64,000 bases of DNA from an uncultured Brevundimonas sp. (GTDB lineage: Bacteria > Pseudomonadota > Alphaproteobacteria > Caulobacterales > Caulobacteraceae), in contig NZ_CAMZFB010000010.1 in the NCBI RefSeq assembly GCF_947305955.1, positions 2,790-66,789 of the forward strand, given 5' to 3'. Under the pieces are notes generated by a model. It was not told where the DNA came from. It saw only the letters and a program-made list of their open reading frames with translations, and did no database searches. The translations under genes were made by a program, and so were the position numbers. Shown here piece after piece: positions 48,801-57,928 of this stretch; the first letter of the stretch is position 1; every line of letters starts with the position of its first letter.

Positions 48801-49990
48801 AACCCACAAGGCCTTCATCGACGCGGCGGCGCAGAAGGTCCTTCATAATCTTTCCGTGCTGATGAACCTCTTCGGCAAGGCTGCGCCAGAGGATCCCGAG
48901 AAGCGGGCCCTGCTGCCAGACCTATGGGCGACCCTTTTTATGGTCGTGCCTGTTGTTTCGACCACGTTTGCCTCGATGGAGAGAATGTTCGGAGCCCTGC
49001 CGGCCGAGAGCCTTGGATGGCTACTGGTCGATGAGGCTGGACAGGCCCTGCCGCAGGCTGCGGTCGGTGGGCTACTGAGGGCCAAACGCGCTCTGATCGT
49101 CGGCGACCCGTTGCAGATTCCCCCTGTCGTCAGCCTGCCCGAACGGCTGAACGACCAGATTGCCGACTACTTTAAAATTGATAGCCGGCTCTGGACAGCA
49201 CCCGAAGCCTCCGCCCAGACATTGGCCGACCGAGTGTCGCCGTATCAGGCCGCCTTCCGCACAGACACCGGCCCGCGCCGCGTCGGAATACCGCTATTGG
49301 TACATCGTCGTTGTCAGGAGCCGATGTTCGGGATCTCCAACCGCATCGCCTACGACGGTCAAATGGTTCATGCGGCGAGCGGCAAACAAGGTCTTGTCAG
49401 CGCAGCGTTAGGGCCGTCGGCTTGGTTCGATGTGGATGGCGACGCGGATACGAAATGGTGCCCGGCTGAGGGCGAGTATGTCATCGGCCTTCTGCACCGG
49501 ATCGCAGCCGCAGGCATCCGCAATCCCGATATCTTTATCATTACGCCTTTCCGCATTGTCGCCCAGCAGCTGCGCGCGCGCCTGCAAAAGGAGAGCGACC
49601 TGTTCGCGCGACTGGGAGAGCAGCCCAAGAGCTGGCTTGAGGACCGCGTCGGGACCATTCACACCGTTCAGGGCCGCGAAGCCGAAGCCGTGATCATGGT
49701 GCTCGGCGCTCCGAAGTCCTCGCAGAACGGCGCGCGCGTCTGGGCTTCCAGCACACCCAACATCCTCAATGTCGCCGTGTCGCGAGCCAAGCAGAACTTC
49801 TACGTGGTCGGCTCACACGGCGCTTGGTCCGGCATAGGCCACAGCAAAGCCCTAGCCGACGCGTTGCCCATTCGTTGACCTCGGGGCGTTTGGCAGGGTG
49901 GCCAGACAGTAGGCAATCGCGTCATCTTCAAAAAAAGACATATATTACAAATGTATAAGCCTATAACTTGGCTATGATTTCCCTTCCTTG
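45900..49990. mobile_element. Small genomic islet at the 3' end of tRNA-Ser
   Basis: AT-richer flanks and atypical codon usage right after a tRNA. No intact integrase or att duplication seen. Right boundary approximate. Confidence 0.55.
46288..49878 (+). CDS. Superfamily 1 helicase, UPF1/DNA2/NAM7-like (AAA_11/AAA_12 type), 1196 aa
   Basis: Motifs GPPGTGKTT, VASSNNKAVENI, VDEAGQ, VGDPLQIPPV, HRRC, IITPF, GTIHTVQGRE and NVAVSRAK. TTG start uncertain. Confidence 0.9.
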   Translation: MSSSNRPYINLGIVELEKLFEGNRDNTGVLQKLEVELAHRKTQRALKLRQRVQSQLRASAASTSTRTKPPVKTAARRAATAARSAPASQPNQTPAKTVQSAPKQQVAEPPEPVTNPVRPTEPNTPQGILGAWIALEALSPQTYRAPRDLAVGQYGNVAELGDGPLPWERAEKSRPGHQLYYQIILGSVPMERATDDLITAFGTTEEQPSRSREKAALAAVMIDRNGCLLENEAIAVSSFGWALPLALQLKLEALSAWPTVEREVVEKLRNILGRKDDDDNALPVTQTDLTEAFEYLVGRFSLPAHLADAPHFALRVFHNFKAKNPPEPALLNSFFMHDLAQARTLDSTQSLPKTMRQYLGLEPPAQSFDLLHNKSAVERAVAPVRIPASRWPSPGGHPLVLLQQTAVNLARDELLKDGGVIAVNGPPGTGKTTLLRDIVAATVLDRALAMAEFDTPADAFKPSGQKWSVGGQAFFTMYKLDPTLRGHEIVVASSNNKAVENISRELPDVHAVGRADSLCYFRSISDNISQASQKSQDDNQAKENLAPLQTWGMIAAVLGNAKNRGLFSEAFWWDDDNGFRTYLKAAKGDDVTKEVVDPDTKKVIKRTTPSVIAKESPPVPKQAAQQWSAARGKLVRLHREILDDLSALEGVRQKCLELAKAKDAVAQRLQDRDVSARDLARAQSQQHILEANTGLAQMASERAEQDLRQHRKARPNLWRWLFNAEARKSWRTQNKAKLDAKAQTDAALHQARQAEHANTRTIDQLRLELTRLDRDVLILNNQVAELDKALDPYRAQLGHHLVDGHFFERSHEAINLQSPWLPAALQRKREDLFIAAMETHKAFIDAAAQKVLHNLSVLMNLFGKAAPEDPEKRALLPDLWATLFMVVPVVSTTFASMERMFGALPAESLGWLLVDEAGQALPQAAVGGLLRAKRALIVGDPLQIPPVVSLPERLNDQIADYFKIDSRLWTAPEASAQTLADRVSPYQAAFRTDTGPRRVGIPLLVHRRCQEPMFGISNRIAYDGQMVHAASGKQGLVSAALGPSAWFDVDGDADTKWCPAEGEYVIGLLHRIAAAGIRNPDIFIITPFRIVAQQLRARLQKESDLFARLGEQPKSWLEDRVGTIHTVQGREAEAVIMVLGAPKSSQNGARVWASSTPNILNVAVSRAKQNFYVVGSHGAWSGIGHSKALADALPIR

Positions 49991-50019
49991 ACTCTTTCGC
50001 CTGACGGGTGCGTATATGA

Positions 50020-50034
50020 GAACAAATGCGGAAC
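50020..50034 (+). promoter_or_regulatory. LexA (SOS) box of imuA
   Basis: Perfect GAAC-aaatgcg-GAAC abutting ATG 50035. TTGACT -35-like element at 49988. Confidence 0.9.
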
Positions 50035-50859
50035 ATGCAATCACAATCCGGCACCCTTGCGGCGCTGCGGCTTCGGCTTGCGGCGTTGGAGAGGGCTGCG
50101 CCTGAGAGGGAGGCCGGACGGGTTCAGAAGGAATCCGAACATCCCTATCCTTGGCCAAGGATGGAGGTGGGGACCCTGCACGACCTCTATGCCGAGACCG
50201 CAGAGGACGGTGCGGCGGTGTGCGGATTTGGCTTGGGGCTGGCGATAACGGCGGCCAAGGGGCGTCCGGTCCTGTGGTGTCTTCAGGACATGGTTCGCTT
50301 TGAGGCCGGACAGCCGCATGGCGCGGGTCTGTTCGAGATGGGCCTTGCGCCACGCGATCTGATTTTTGTGCGCGTGCGCGATGCCCAAGCCATGCTGGCG
50401 GTCGGGGAGGAGGCTTTGCGCAGCCCCGCGATCGGTGCGGTCTTGCTGAGCGCATGGGGGGAGGCCCGCGCCTTTACCCTGACGGCCAGCCGCCGTCTGT
50501 TGATGGCGGCGAACCAAGGTGGTCGCACGGTTTTCCTGACCCGCACCTCGGCGCTGCCCTCGCCCAGCGCCGCCCAGACCCGATGGTCCGTCGCGGCCTG
50601 TCCGTCGGTTCCACTGGAAGGAGGCGCACCGGGGCGGCCTTCTTTTACGGCAACCCTGCTGCGGCATCGCGGCAGTGGGGTGACCGGACAATGGACCATG
50701 GAGTGGGATCGTGAGCAGCGCCTCTATCGCCCGCCCGCGCCGGTATCTGGCGCTCTGGTTCCCGTGGCTGCCCAGCGACCGGCTGCGACGCCAGCACGCG
50801 GCATCGTCAAACCCTTGCGAGAAGGAAACACGCAAGGACGCGGGCGCACCGCCGCCTGA
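50035..50859 (+). CDS. imuA: SOS mutagenesis protein ImuA
   Basis: RecA-like LHDL, EEALRS and SRRL..AA motifs. First gene of the cassette, behind a LexA box. Confidence 0.85.
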   Translation: MQSQSGTLAALRLRLAALERAAPEREAGRVQKESEHPYPWPRMEVGTLHDLYAETAEDGAAVCGFGLGLAITAAKGRPVLWCLQDMVRFEAGQPHGAGLFEMGLAPRDLIFVRVRDAQAMLAVGEEALRSPAIGAVLLSAWGEARAFTLTASRRLLMAANQGGRTVFLTRTSALPSPSAAQTRWSVAACPSVPLEGGAPGRPSFTATLLRHRGSGVTGQWTMEWDREQRLYRPPAPVSGALVPVAAQRPAATPARGIVKPLREGNTQGRGRTAA

Positions 50860-52306
50860 ACCCACCGTCTTTGTGGAGAAGGCCGGCGGGGCTTTGCGGC
50901 TGGCCGCTGTTGATCCAGCCGCAGCCGCACTGGGATTGGCACCGGGGATGACGCTGGCCGATGCACAGGCCCGCTGCCCTTCCCTGCGCTCGGTGCCGAG
51001 CCAGCCGCATCTGGATGCCGAATGGCTGGACGCTGTGCTGGAGGATTTCACGCGCTTCACCCCCATGATCGCGCTGGATGCGCCGCATGGACTGATGCTG
51101 GACATCACCGGCTGCGCCCATCTGTTTGGCGGCGAGGAGGGCCTGTCAAAGGCGGTCGTACAGCGCGCCCATCGTGGCGGGCTTCGCTTGCGCTGGGCCT
51201 TGGCCAGCACGGCACAGGCGGCCCGCGCCTTGTCGCGTTTCGGCTCTGGCGGCCTGTTTACCGAACAGACCCAGAGGGCGGCTTTGCGACTGCTTCCGGT
51301 GGCTGCGCTGGAACTGCCCGCCAGAGAGGAGGAAGCCCTGCGCCGTGCAGGCCTGAAACGGCTGGCCGATCTGGATGACCGTCCGCGCGCGCCCTTGGCC
51401 GCCCGCTTTGGCAAGGACTTCCCCGCCCGTCTGGCGCGGCTGTTGGGTGACGAGGACATCCGCATCACGCCCCACCGCGCGCCTGCGCCGGTCTATTTCG
51501 ACCGCATCTTCTTCGAGCTCATCGCCAATCCCGAGGACATAGAGGCGGTACTGGCCGAGTTGGTGGACCAGACGGCGGCGCACCTGACCCTGTCACGCGA
51601 GGGCGGGCGACAGTTTGTGGCCAGCTTCTATCGCGTGGACGGCCATGTGCGGCACATCGGCGTCCAGACCGGACACCCCAGCCGCGACCGCGACAGCATC
51701 CTGCGCCTGTTCAGGGAAAAGATGGCGGCCCTGTCCCATCCGCTCGATCCCGGTTTCGGCTTTGATCAGGTGCGTCTGGCCGTGCCGTGGACCGAGGAAC
51801 TGGCCGACCGACAGACCCGCCTGTCCGGTCCCGACGACCTGGACGAGGCACTGGACCAGTTGATCGACCGGCTGACGGCGCGGCTGGGTCCGGACGCGGT
51901 CCTGCGCTTCGAAGCCTGTGGCTCGCACATGCCCGAACGCAGCGCGCGTATGCGCCCCGCCATCCTGCCCCCGCGCGAGGGACAGAACGACTGGCCCGCG
52001 CTTGATCCCGACAGCCCGCCCCTGCGCCCGTTGCAGATGTTCGATCCGCCCCAGCCCGTGGAAACACTGGCCGAGGTGCCCGATGGCTATCCGCTGCGGT
52101 TTCGCTGGCGGCGCGTCCTGCACGAGGTCAAGCGCGCCGAGGGGCCAGAGCGTATCGGCGGCGAATGGTGGCGCGCGCCCGATCAGCGCACCCGCGACTA
52201 TTACCGTATCGAGGACCAGAACGGCCGCCGCTTCTGGATCTTCCGTCAGGGGCTTTACGGCGAAACGCCCGAGCCGCGCTGGTACATCCATGGACTGTTC
52301 GCATGA
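50711..52306 (+). CDS. imuB: Inactive Y-family polymerase ImuB
   Basis: Motifs GMTLADA.A.CP, RFTPMIALD, LDITGCAHLFGGE and GPERI..EWW...RDYYR.ED..GRRFW. Confidence 0.92.
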   Translation: MSSASIARPRRYLALWFPWLPSDRLRRQHAASSNPCEKETRKDAGAPPPEPTVFVEKAGGALRLAAVDPAAAALGLAPGMTLADAQARCPSLRSVPSQPHLDAEWLDAVLEDFTRFTPMIALDAPHGLMLDITGCAHLFGGEEGLSKAVVQRAHRGGLRLRWALASTAQAARALSRFGSGGLFTEQTQRAALRLLPVAALELPAREEEALRRAGLKRLADLDDRPRAPLAARFGKDFPARLARLLGDEDIRITPHRAPAPVYFDRIFFELIANPEDIEAVLAELVDQTAAHLTLSREGGRQFVASFYRVDGHVRHIGVQTGHPSRDRDSILRLFREKMAALSHPLDPGFGFDQVRLAVPWTEELADRQTRLSGPDDLDEALDQLIDRLTARLGPDAVLRFEACGSHMPERSARMRPAILPPREGQNDWPALDPDSPPLRPLQMFDPPQPVETLAEVPDGYPLRFRWRRVLHEVKRAEGPERIGGEWWRAPDQRTRDYYRIEDQNGRRFWIFRQGLYGETPEPRWYIHGLFA

Positions 52307-55300
52307 GCGCCCTGCCCCCCGTTGGCCGCTATGCCGAGCTGGCCACCCACAGCAATTTCTCTTTCCTGCGCGGGGCCAGCCATCCCAAGGATTTGCTGCT
52401 GACGGCCCTGTTGTCGGGTCACTGTGGCATGGGGCTGGCGGACCGCAACACGGTCTCGGGTGTGGTGCGGGCGTGGAGTGCGCTGAAGGCCCTGCGGCGG
52501 GAAGGACTGACACCACCCGAGCAAGTCCGCGATGGCGGCTCTCCGGGAGAGGTACAGTTCATTGAAAACCCGCTGGATGATCCGGCCCTGTCCGAGGCGG
52601 TGAAGGCGCGGGCCCAGGGGTTCAAACTGCTGACGGGGGCACGACTGGCCTTCAATGACGGCACGCCCGACATCATCGCCTATCCCACCAACCGCGCGGG
52701 ATGGGGGCGGCTGACGCGGCTGCTGACACTGGGCAACCGCCGCGCGCGAAAGGGCGAGTACGAACTGGCCCTGCCCGATCTTTTGCACGCCTGTCAGGAT
52801 CTGTTGCTGGTGGTGACCGCGCCGGACAGTTTGGGCGCGCTGGAGCCTGTGCTGGAGCGGCTGAACCGCGTGGCGGGGGGAAGGCTGTGGCTGGGCGTAT
52901 CCATGCCCCGTCGCGGCGATGACCGTCGGCGTCTGGCCCGTCTTTCGGCCATGGCGGCGCGTCAGAACATCCCGCTTCTGGCGCACAATGACGTGCTTTA
53001 TCACACCCCGTCCGAGCGTGATCTTCAGGATGTCATGACCTGTATCCGCGAGGGGGTGACCATCACCGAGGCAGGCCGCCGCCTGATGGCCAATGCCGAG
53101 CGCTGGCTGAAACCCGCCCCCGAGATGGAGCGGCTGTTCCGCGATGCCCCTGACGCCATTGCCCAGATCGGCGCACTGATGGCGCGCGCAAACTTCGATC
53201 TGGGCGATCTGGTCTATGAGTATCCCGAAGAGCCTGTTCCGTCCGGCTGGGAGCCGCAGTCGTGGCTGGAAGAACTGGTCCGCCGCCACAGCCAAATCCG
53301 CTATCCGCAAGGGACGCCCGCCAAGGTCGAGGCCATATTGGAGCGCGAGCTGGCCTTTATCGGCGAGCGTAAACTGGCCCCCTATTTCCTGACGATCCAC
53401 GACATCGTCAGCACCGCCAACGCCATGGGCATATTGTGTCAGGGACGCGGTTCGGCGGCCAATTCGGCGGTCTGCTATGTGCTGGGCATCACCAGTGTCG
53501 ATCCCGCCAGCCACGACCTGTTGTTCGAGCGTTTCCTGTCGTCCAGCCGTGACGAGCCGCCCGATATCGACGTCGATTTCGAGCACGAGCGGCGCGAGGA
53601 GATCATCCAGTACATCTATGAACGCTATGGCCGCGACCGTGCGGGCATTGCCGCCACCGTCATCCGCTATCGGCCCAAGAGCGCGATCCGCGATGTGGGG
53701 AAGGTGCTGGGCCTGACCGAGGACATCACTGCCCGACTGGCCTCCAGCCAGTGGGGCAGTTTCGGCAATGAGATCGGCGACAAACACGTCCTTCAGGCCG
53801 GACTGGACCCCGCCAATCCGGCCATAAGGCGCGCGGTCCAGATGGCCAGCCGCCTGCTGGGCATGCCGCGCCACCTGTCACAGCATGTGGGGGGCTTTAT
53901 CCTGACGCGCGGGCGGCTGGATGAAACCGTGCCCATCGGCAATGCCGCCATGGCCGACCGCACCTTCATCGAATGGGACAAGGACGACATCGACGATCTG
54001 GGCCTGATGAAGGTCGATATTCTGGCGCTGGGGATGCTGACCTGTATCCGCAAGGCGCTGGATCTGGTGCGGCGGCACGAAGGCATTTCCCACGATCTGG
54101 CCTCGGTTCCGGCGGAACGGCCCGAAGTCTATGAGATGCTGCGTCGCGGCCATTCCATCGGCGTGTTTCAGGTGGAAAGCCGCGCCCAGATCAACATGTT
54201 GCCGCGCCTGAAACCGCGCCAGTTCTATGATCTGGTCATTCAGGTCGCCATTGTCCGGCCCGGCCCCATTCAGGGCGACATGGTCCATCCCTATCTGCGG
54301 CGCCGTAACGGCACAGAAGAGGTCCTCTATGCCTCGCCCGCGCCCGAACATGGCGCGCCCGACGAACTGCAACAGGTTCTGGGACGCACCCTTGGTGTGC
54401 CGCTGTTTCAGGAACAGGCGATGAAGATCGCCATGGTCGCCGCAAAGTTCAGCGACGCCGAGGCCAACGGCCTTCGCAAGGCCATGGGCACCTTCAGGGG
54501 CGACGGCACCCTGCACACCTATGAGGGCAAGTTCGTGGGCCGGATGATCGAGCGCGGCTATGATCCGGCCTTTGCCCAGCGGTGCTTTGACCAGATCAAG
54601 GGCTTTGGCTCCTATGGCTTTCCGGAAAGCCACGCGGCCAGTTTCGCGCGGCTGGTCTATGTCTCGTCATGGCTGAAATGTTTCCATCCGGCCGCCTTTG
54701 CCTGCGCGCTTCTGAACAGCCAGCCCATGGGGTTTTATGCCCCCGCCCAGATCGTCCGCGAGGCGATGGAGGTCGGCAAGGTGCGTATCCTGCCCATCGA
54801 TGTGGCGCACAGTGATTGGGACAACACGCTGGAAGGCCCCAAGGGCGATCTGGCCATCCGTCTGGGCCTGCGCCAGATCGACGGCTTCCACAGGGAATGG
54901 GCCGACAGGCTGGTGGCGGCCCGCACACAGGGCTGGCGCGATATCGAACAGCTGGCACGAAGAGCGGGCCTGCCGTCTGCGGCCATGCGAAAACTGGCCG
55001 ATGCCGATGCCTTCCGCTCCATGGGACAGGATCGCCGCGAGGCGCTGTGGGCGGTGCGCCGCCTGCCCGATGACGATGCCCTGCCTTTGTTTGCCGCCGC
55101 CAATGCCCGCGAATTGGGCGATGAGGCCGACGCCAACCTGCCCGCCATGCCGCTGGGCGAGCATGTGGCCACCGACTATCAGACCACCCGCCTGTCATTG
55201 AAGGCCCACCCCATGTCCATCCTGCGCCCTGTCTTTGCCCGTGAGGGGGTGCGGACCTGTGCGGCGGCGGAAAGCCTGCGCGGGGGCAGCCGGATACGGG

Positions 55301-55674
55301 TGGCGGGCGTGGTTCTGGTGCGCCAGCGACCGGGCAAGGGCAATGCCATCTTCGTCACGCTGGAGGACGAGACGGGCGTGACCAATGTGGTGCTGTGGGC
55401 GCGGCTGTTCGAGGAATACCGGCGCGAGGTCATGGGATCGCGCCTGATGGAGGTCGAGGGCGTAGTGGAAAAGAGCGCCGAGGGCGTGGTCCACGTCATG
55501 GCCAAGCGCATCATCGACCGCAGCGCCGAGCTGTCGCGCCTGTCAGAGGATTACGAGACGCGCGTCCAGCTGTCCCGCGCCGATGTGACCATCAGCCCCC
55601 TGCCCGAGAAAATGCCGCGCCACGGCCATCCGCGCGATGCCCGCATCCTGCCCTCGTCGCGCGACTTCCACTGA
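52303..55674 (+). CDS. dnaE2: Error-prone DNA polymerase III alpha (DnaE2/ImuC)
   Basis: PHP domain SNFSFLRGASHP, QGRGSAANS, PPDIDVDFEH, FPESHA, NSQPMGFY and C-terminal SRDFH. Confidence 0.96.
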   Translation: MSALPPVGRYAELATHSNFSFLRGASHPKDLLLTALLSGHCGMGLADRNTVSGVVRAWSALKALRREGLTPPEQVRDGGSPGEVQFIENPLDDPALSEAVKARAQGFKLLTGARLAFNDGTPDIIAYPTNRAGWGRLTRLLTLGNRRARKGEYELALPDLLHACQDLLLVVTAPDSLGALEPVLERLNRVAGGRLWLGVSMPRRGDDRRRLARLSAMAARQNIPLLAHNDVLYHTPSERDLQDVMTCIREGVTITEAGRRLMANAERWLKPAPEMERLFRDAPDAIAQIGALMARANFDLGDLVYEYPEEPVPSGWEPQSWLEELVRRHSQIRYPQGTPAKVEAILERELAFIGERKLAPYFLTIHDIVSTANAMGILCQGRGSAANSAVCYVLGITSVDPASHDLLFERFLSSSRDEPPDIDVDFEHERREEIIQYIYERYGRDRAGIAATVIRYRPKSAIRDVGKVLGLTEDITARLASSQWGSFGNEIGDKHVLQAGLDPANPAIRRAVQMASRLLGMPRHLSQHVGGFILTRGRLDETVPIGNAAMADRTFIEWDKDDIDDLGLMKVDILALGMLTCIRKALDLVRRHEGISHDLASVPAERPEVYEMLRRGHSIGVFQVESRAQINMLPRLKPRQFYDLVIQVAIVRPGPIQGDMVHPYLRRRNGTEEVLYASPAPEHGAPDELQQVLGRTLGVPLFQEQAMKIAMVAAKFSDAEANGLRKAMGTFRGDGTLHTYEGKFVGRMIERGYDPAFAQRCFDQIKGFGSYGFPESHAASFARLVYVSSWLKCFHPAAFACALLNSQPMGFYAPAQIVREAMEVGKVRILPIDVAHSDWDNTLEGPKGDLAIRLGLRQIDGFHREWADRLVAARTQGWRDIEQLARRAGLPSAAMRKLADADAFRSMGQDRREALWAVRRLPDDDALPLFAAANARELGDEADANLPAMPLGEHVATDYQTTRLSLKAHPMSILRPVFAREGVRTCAAAESLRGGSRIRVAGVVLVRQRPGKGNAIFVTLEDETGVTNVVLWARLFEEYRREVMGSRLMEVEGVVEKSAEGVVHVMAKRIIDRSAELSRLSEDYETRVQLSRADVTISPLPEKMPRHGHPRDARILPSSRDFH

Positions 55675-55771
55675 CCGCCCCCCATAACTATGGCGCTAGG
55701 ATCAGAGCCGCCTTTCCCGAAAATAACCGCGGGCCATGGAAGGCCCTTTGTCATTATGGGAGGGCTGTCCC

Positions 55772-56239
55772 TTGAAAATCTCCACTGGTCTTGTCGCCGT
55801 CGCTACCGTCCTGTCTCTGGCCGCCTGCAAGCCGGCCGACACCACCGAAGCCCCTGCTGCCGAAGCCGCTGCGCCTGCCGAAGAGACCGCAGAACAGGTC
55901 GCCGCCCGCATCAAGGCCGAGCTGTCGCCGCAGGACTATGCCCTGCGCCTGCTGAAATGCGATCAGGCCATCACCACCGCCAAACGTGCCCGCGAAGGCT
56001 CGTTCGATCCGGAACTGACCGCCAAGGTCAATGACGCGCCCAAACTGGACTTCTTCACCCTGGTGCGCGAGGCCCGCGAACTGGGTGCCGACTCCACGAC
56101 CATCAACACCCACCAGCACTCGGGCCTGCCGCTGCCGCAGCGCGTCGAGGACACCACGCCGGAATACGTCGCCCAGACCCGCGAATGTCTGGCACTGGTC
56201 ACCGCCGAAGCCCCGACCAAGGGCAAGAAGCAAAGCTAA
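55772..56239 (+). CDS. Hypothetical lipoprotein
   Basis: TTG start after GGGAGGG and lipobox LAAC. Confidence 0.7.
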   Translation: MKISTGLVAVATVLSLAACKPADTTEAPAAEAAAPAEETAEQVAARIKAELSPQDYALRLLKCDQAITTAKRAREGSFDPELTAKVNDAPKLDFFTLVREARELGADSTTINTHQHSGLPLPQRVEDTTPEYVAQTRECLALVTAEAPTKGKKQS

Positions 56240-56243
56240 GCCC

Positions 56244-56804
56244 ATGAAACGCGTCCTGCTGACAACCTGCGTGGTGCTGGCCCTTGCAGGCTGTGACCGG
56301 AACGGCCCGTCGCAGGACGCGCCGTCCGCCCCGCCCGCTACCGCACCTGCAACGGGTGATACACCTGTCGCCGCGCCCGCTACGGAAACCGTGCAGGCGG
56401 TGGCAGATAAGCCCGCCGCCCCTGCTACGGCTGCGGCGGGGGCCATCCACACCCCCGCTGCGGGCTCGCCCGAGCGGACGGCCTTGATGGATGCCCTGCG
56501 GACCAAGGTGCGTGGCGACCTGGGCGGCGATGCCGTGTTTGTCGTCAAAACCCTAAAGTCCGACGGACAATGGGCCTTTGCCGAACTGGAGCCGCAGTGG
56601 CGGGACGGTCGCAAGATCGATCCGCACAGCACGCCGCTCTACCAACAGGACCCCGACTGGCCGTTCGACGGCCTGCACACCGAAGCCATCTGGCGCAAGG
56701 TGGACGGGCGCTGGACCGTTTTCGCCCATTCCATCGGCTCGACCGATGTGTGGTGGACCGAGCACTGCAACACGGTGCCAAGAGGCATCATGACCGGATG
56801 CTAA
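56244..56804 (+). CDS. Hypothetical lipoprotein
   Basis: Lipobox LAGC, Ala/Pro linker and a C-terminal domain beginning GSPERTALMDALR. Confidence 0.75.
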   Translation: MKRVLLTTCVVLALAGCDRNGPSQDAPSAPPATAPATGDTPVAAPATETVQAVADKPAAPATAAAGAIHTPAAGSPERTALMDALRTKVRGDLGGDAVFVVKTLKSDGQWAFAELEPQWRDGRKIDPHSTPLYQQDPDWPFDGLHTEAIWRKVDGRWTVFAHSIGSTDVWWTEHCNTVPRGIMTGC

Positions 56805-56809
56805 AAGTG

Positions 56810-56841
56810 AAAGGGGCGGCCCGTCGCGGTCGCCCCTTTTT
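56810..56841 (+). terminator. Intrinsic terminator
   Basis: AAAGGGGCGGCC...GGTCGCCCCTTTTT. Confidence 0.75.
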
Positions 56842-56881
56842 CATGTCCGCAACCGCGCTGCCTGCGCCGCGTTAGCTTTGC

Positions 56882-57928
56882 ATGAACACCACCGCCGAGG
56901 CCCGACGCTTTGCCGCCGTGCTGCATCCGACCCCGCAGGGGCTGTGGTGTCCGGAGGGGCAGTTCTATATCGACCCTCCGCGACCCGTGGATCGCGCCGT
57001 CATCACCCACGGACATGCCGACCATGCGCGCTGGGGCCACGGCCATGTGCTGGCCACGCCCGAGACGCTGGCCATCATGGCGGTGCGCTATGGCGCGGAC
57101 TTTGCCGGATCGACCCAGAGCCTGGAGTACGGCGAGCGGGTCAAGGTGGGCGGTGTCGAGGTGTCGCTGCATCCGGCGGGGCATGTTCTGGGCTCGGCGC
57201 AGGCGGCCATCCGGCACGGCGGCATCACCATCACCGCTTCGGGCGATTATAAGCGCCGCCGCGACCCGACCTGTGCGGGGTTCGAGCCGGTGCCGAGCGA
57301 TGTCTTCATCACCGAGGCGACCTTTGGCCTGCCTGTCTTCCGCCACCCGCCCGACAGCCACGAGATCGGCAAGCTGATCCACTCGTTGCAGCAGTTCCCC
57401 GAGCGGGCGCATCTGGTCGGGGCATACGCCTTGGGCAAGGCGCAGCGGGTGATGAAGCTGCTGCGCGAGGCGGGCTATGACGAGACGATCTATGTGCATG
57501 GCGCATTGGAAAAGCTGAACCGGCTGTATGAAGCGTTCGGCGTTGATCTCGGCCCGTGGCAGACGGTGGCGGGGGTAAAGGCCGACTTTGCGGGCAAGAT
57601 CATCATCGCCCCGCCCTCGGCCATCGCCGACCGCTGGAGCCGCCGCTTTCCCGATCCGGTCGCGGCCTTTGCCTCGGGCTGGATGAGCGTGCGGGCGCGG
57701 GCGCGTCAGAGGGGCGTGGAGCTGCCCATCATCCTGTCCGACCACGCCGACTGGGACGAGCTGACCGATACCTTGACCGAGCTTTCCCCCACCGAAGTCT
57801 GGATCACCCACGGGCGCGACGATGCCCTGTCGCGCTGGGCCGAGATCAACGGCATGACGGCGCGGGCGCTGCACCTCGTCGGCTATGAGGACGAGGACGA
57901 CGAGCCAGTAGAAGAGGCCGTCGAATGA
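56882..57928 (+). CDS. Ligase-associated DNA damage response exonuclease (MBL/beta-CASP)
   Basis: Motifs ITHGHADHAR, AGHVLGSAQ, ITEATFGLP and LSDHADW. Confidence 0.92.
   Translation: MNTTAEARRFAAVLHPTPQGLWCPEGQFYIDPPRPVDRAVITHGHADHARWGHGHVLATPETLAIMAVRYGADFAGSTQSLEYGERVKVGGVEVSLHPAGHVLGSAQAAIRHGGITITASGDYKRRRDPTCAGFEPVPSDVFITEATFGLPVFRHPPDSHEIGKLIHSLQQFPERAHLVGAYALGKAQRVMKLLREAGYDETIYVHGALEKLNRLYEAFGVDLGPWQTVAGVKADFAGKIIIAPPSAIADRWSRRFPDPVAAFASGWMSVRARARQRGVELPIILSDHADWDELTDTLTELSPTEVWITHGRDDALSRWAEINGMTARALHLVGYEDEDDEPVEEAVE

Noticed and set aside
45880-56000. attR duplication of the tRNA-Ser 3' end
   Set aside because: No second copy of CTCTCTGTCCGCCA was found downstream, so an intact integrative element is not supported.
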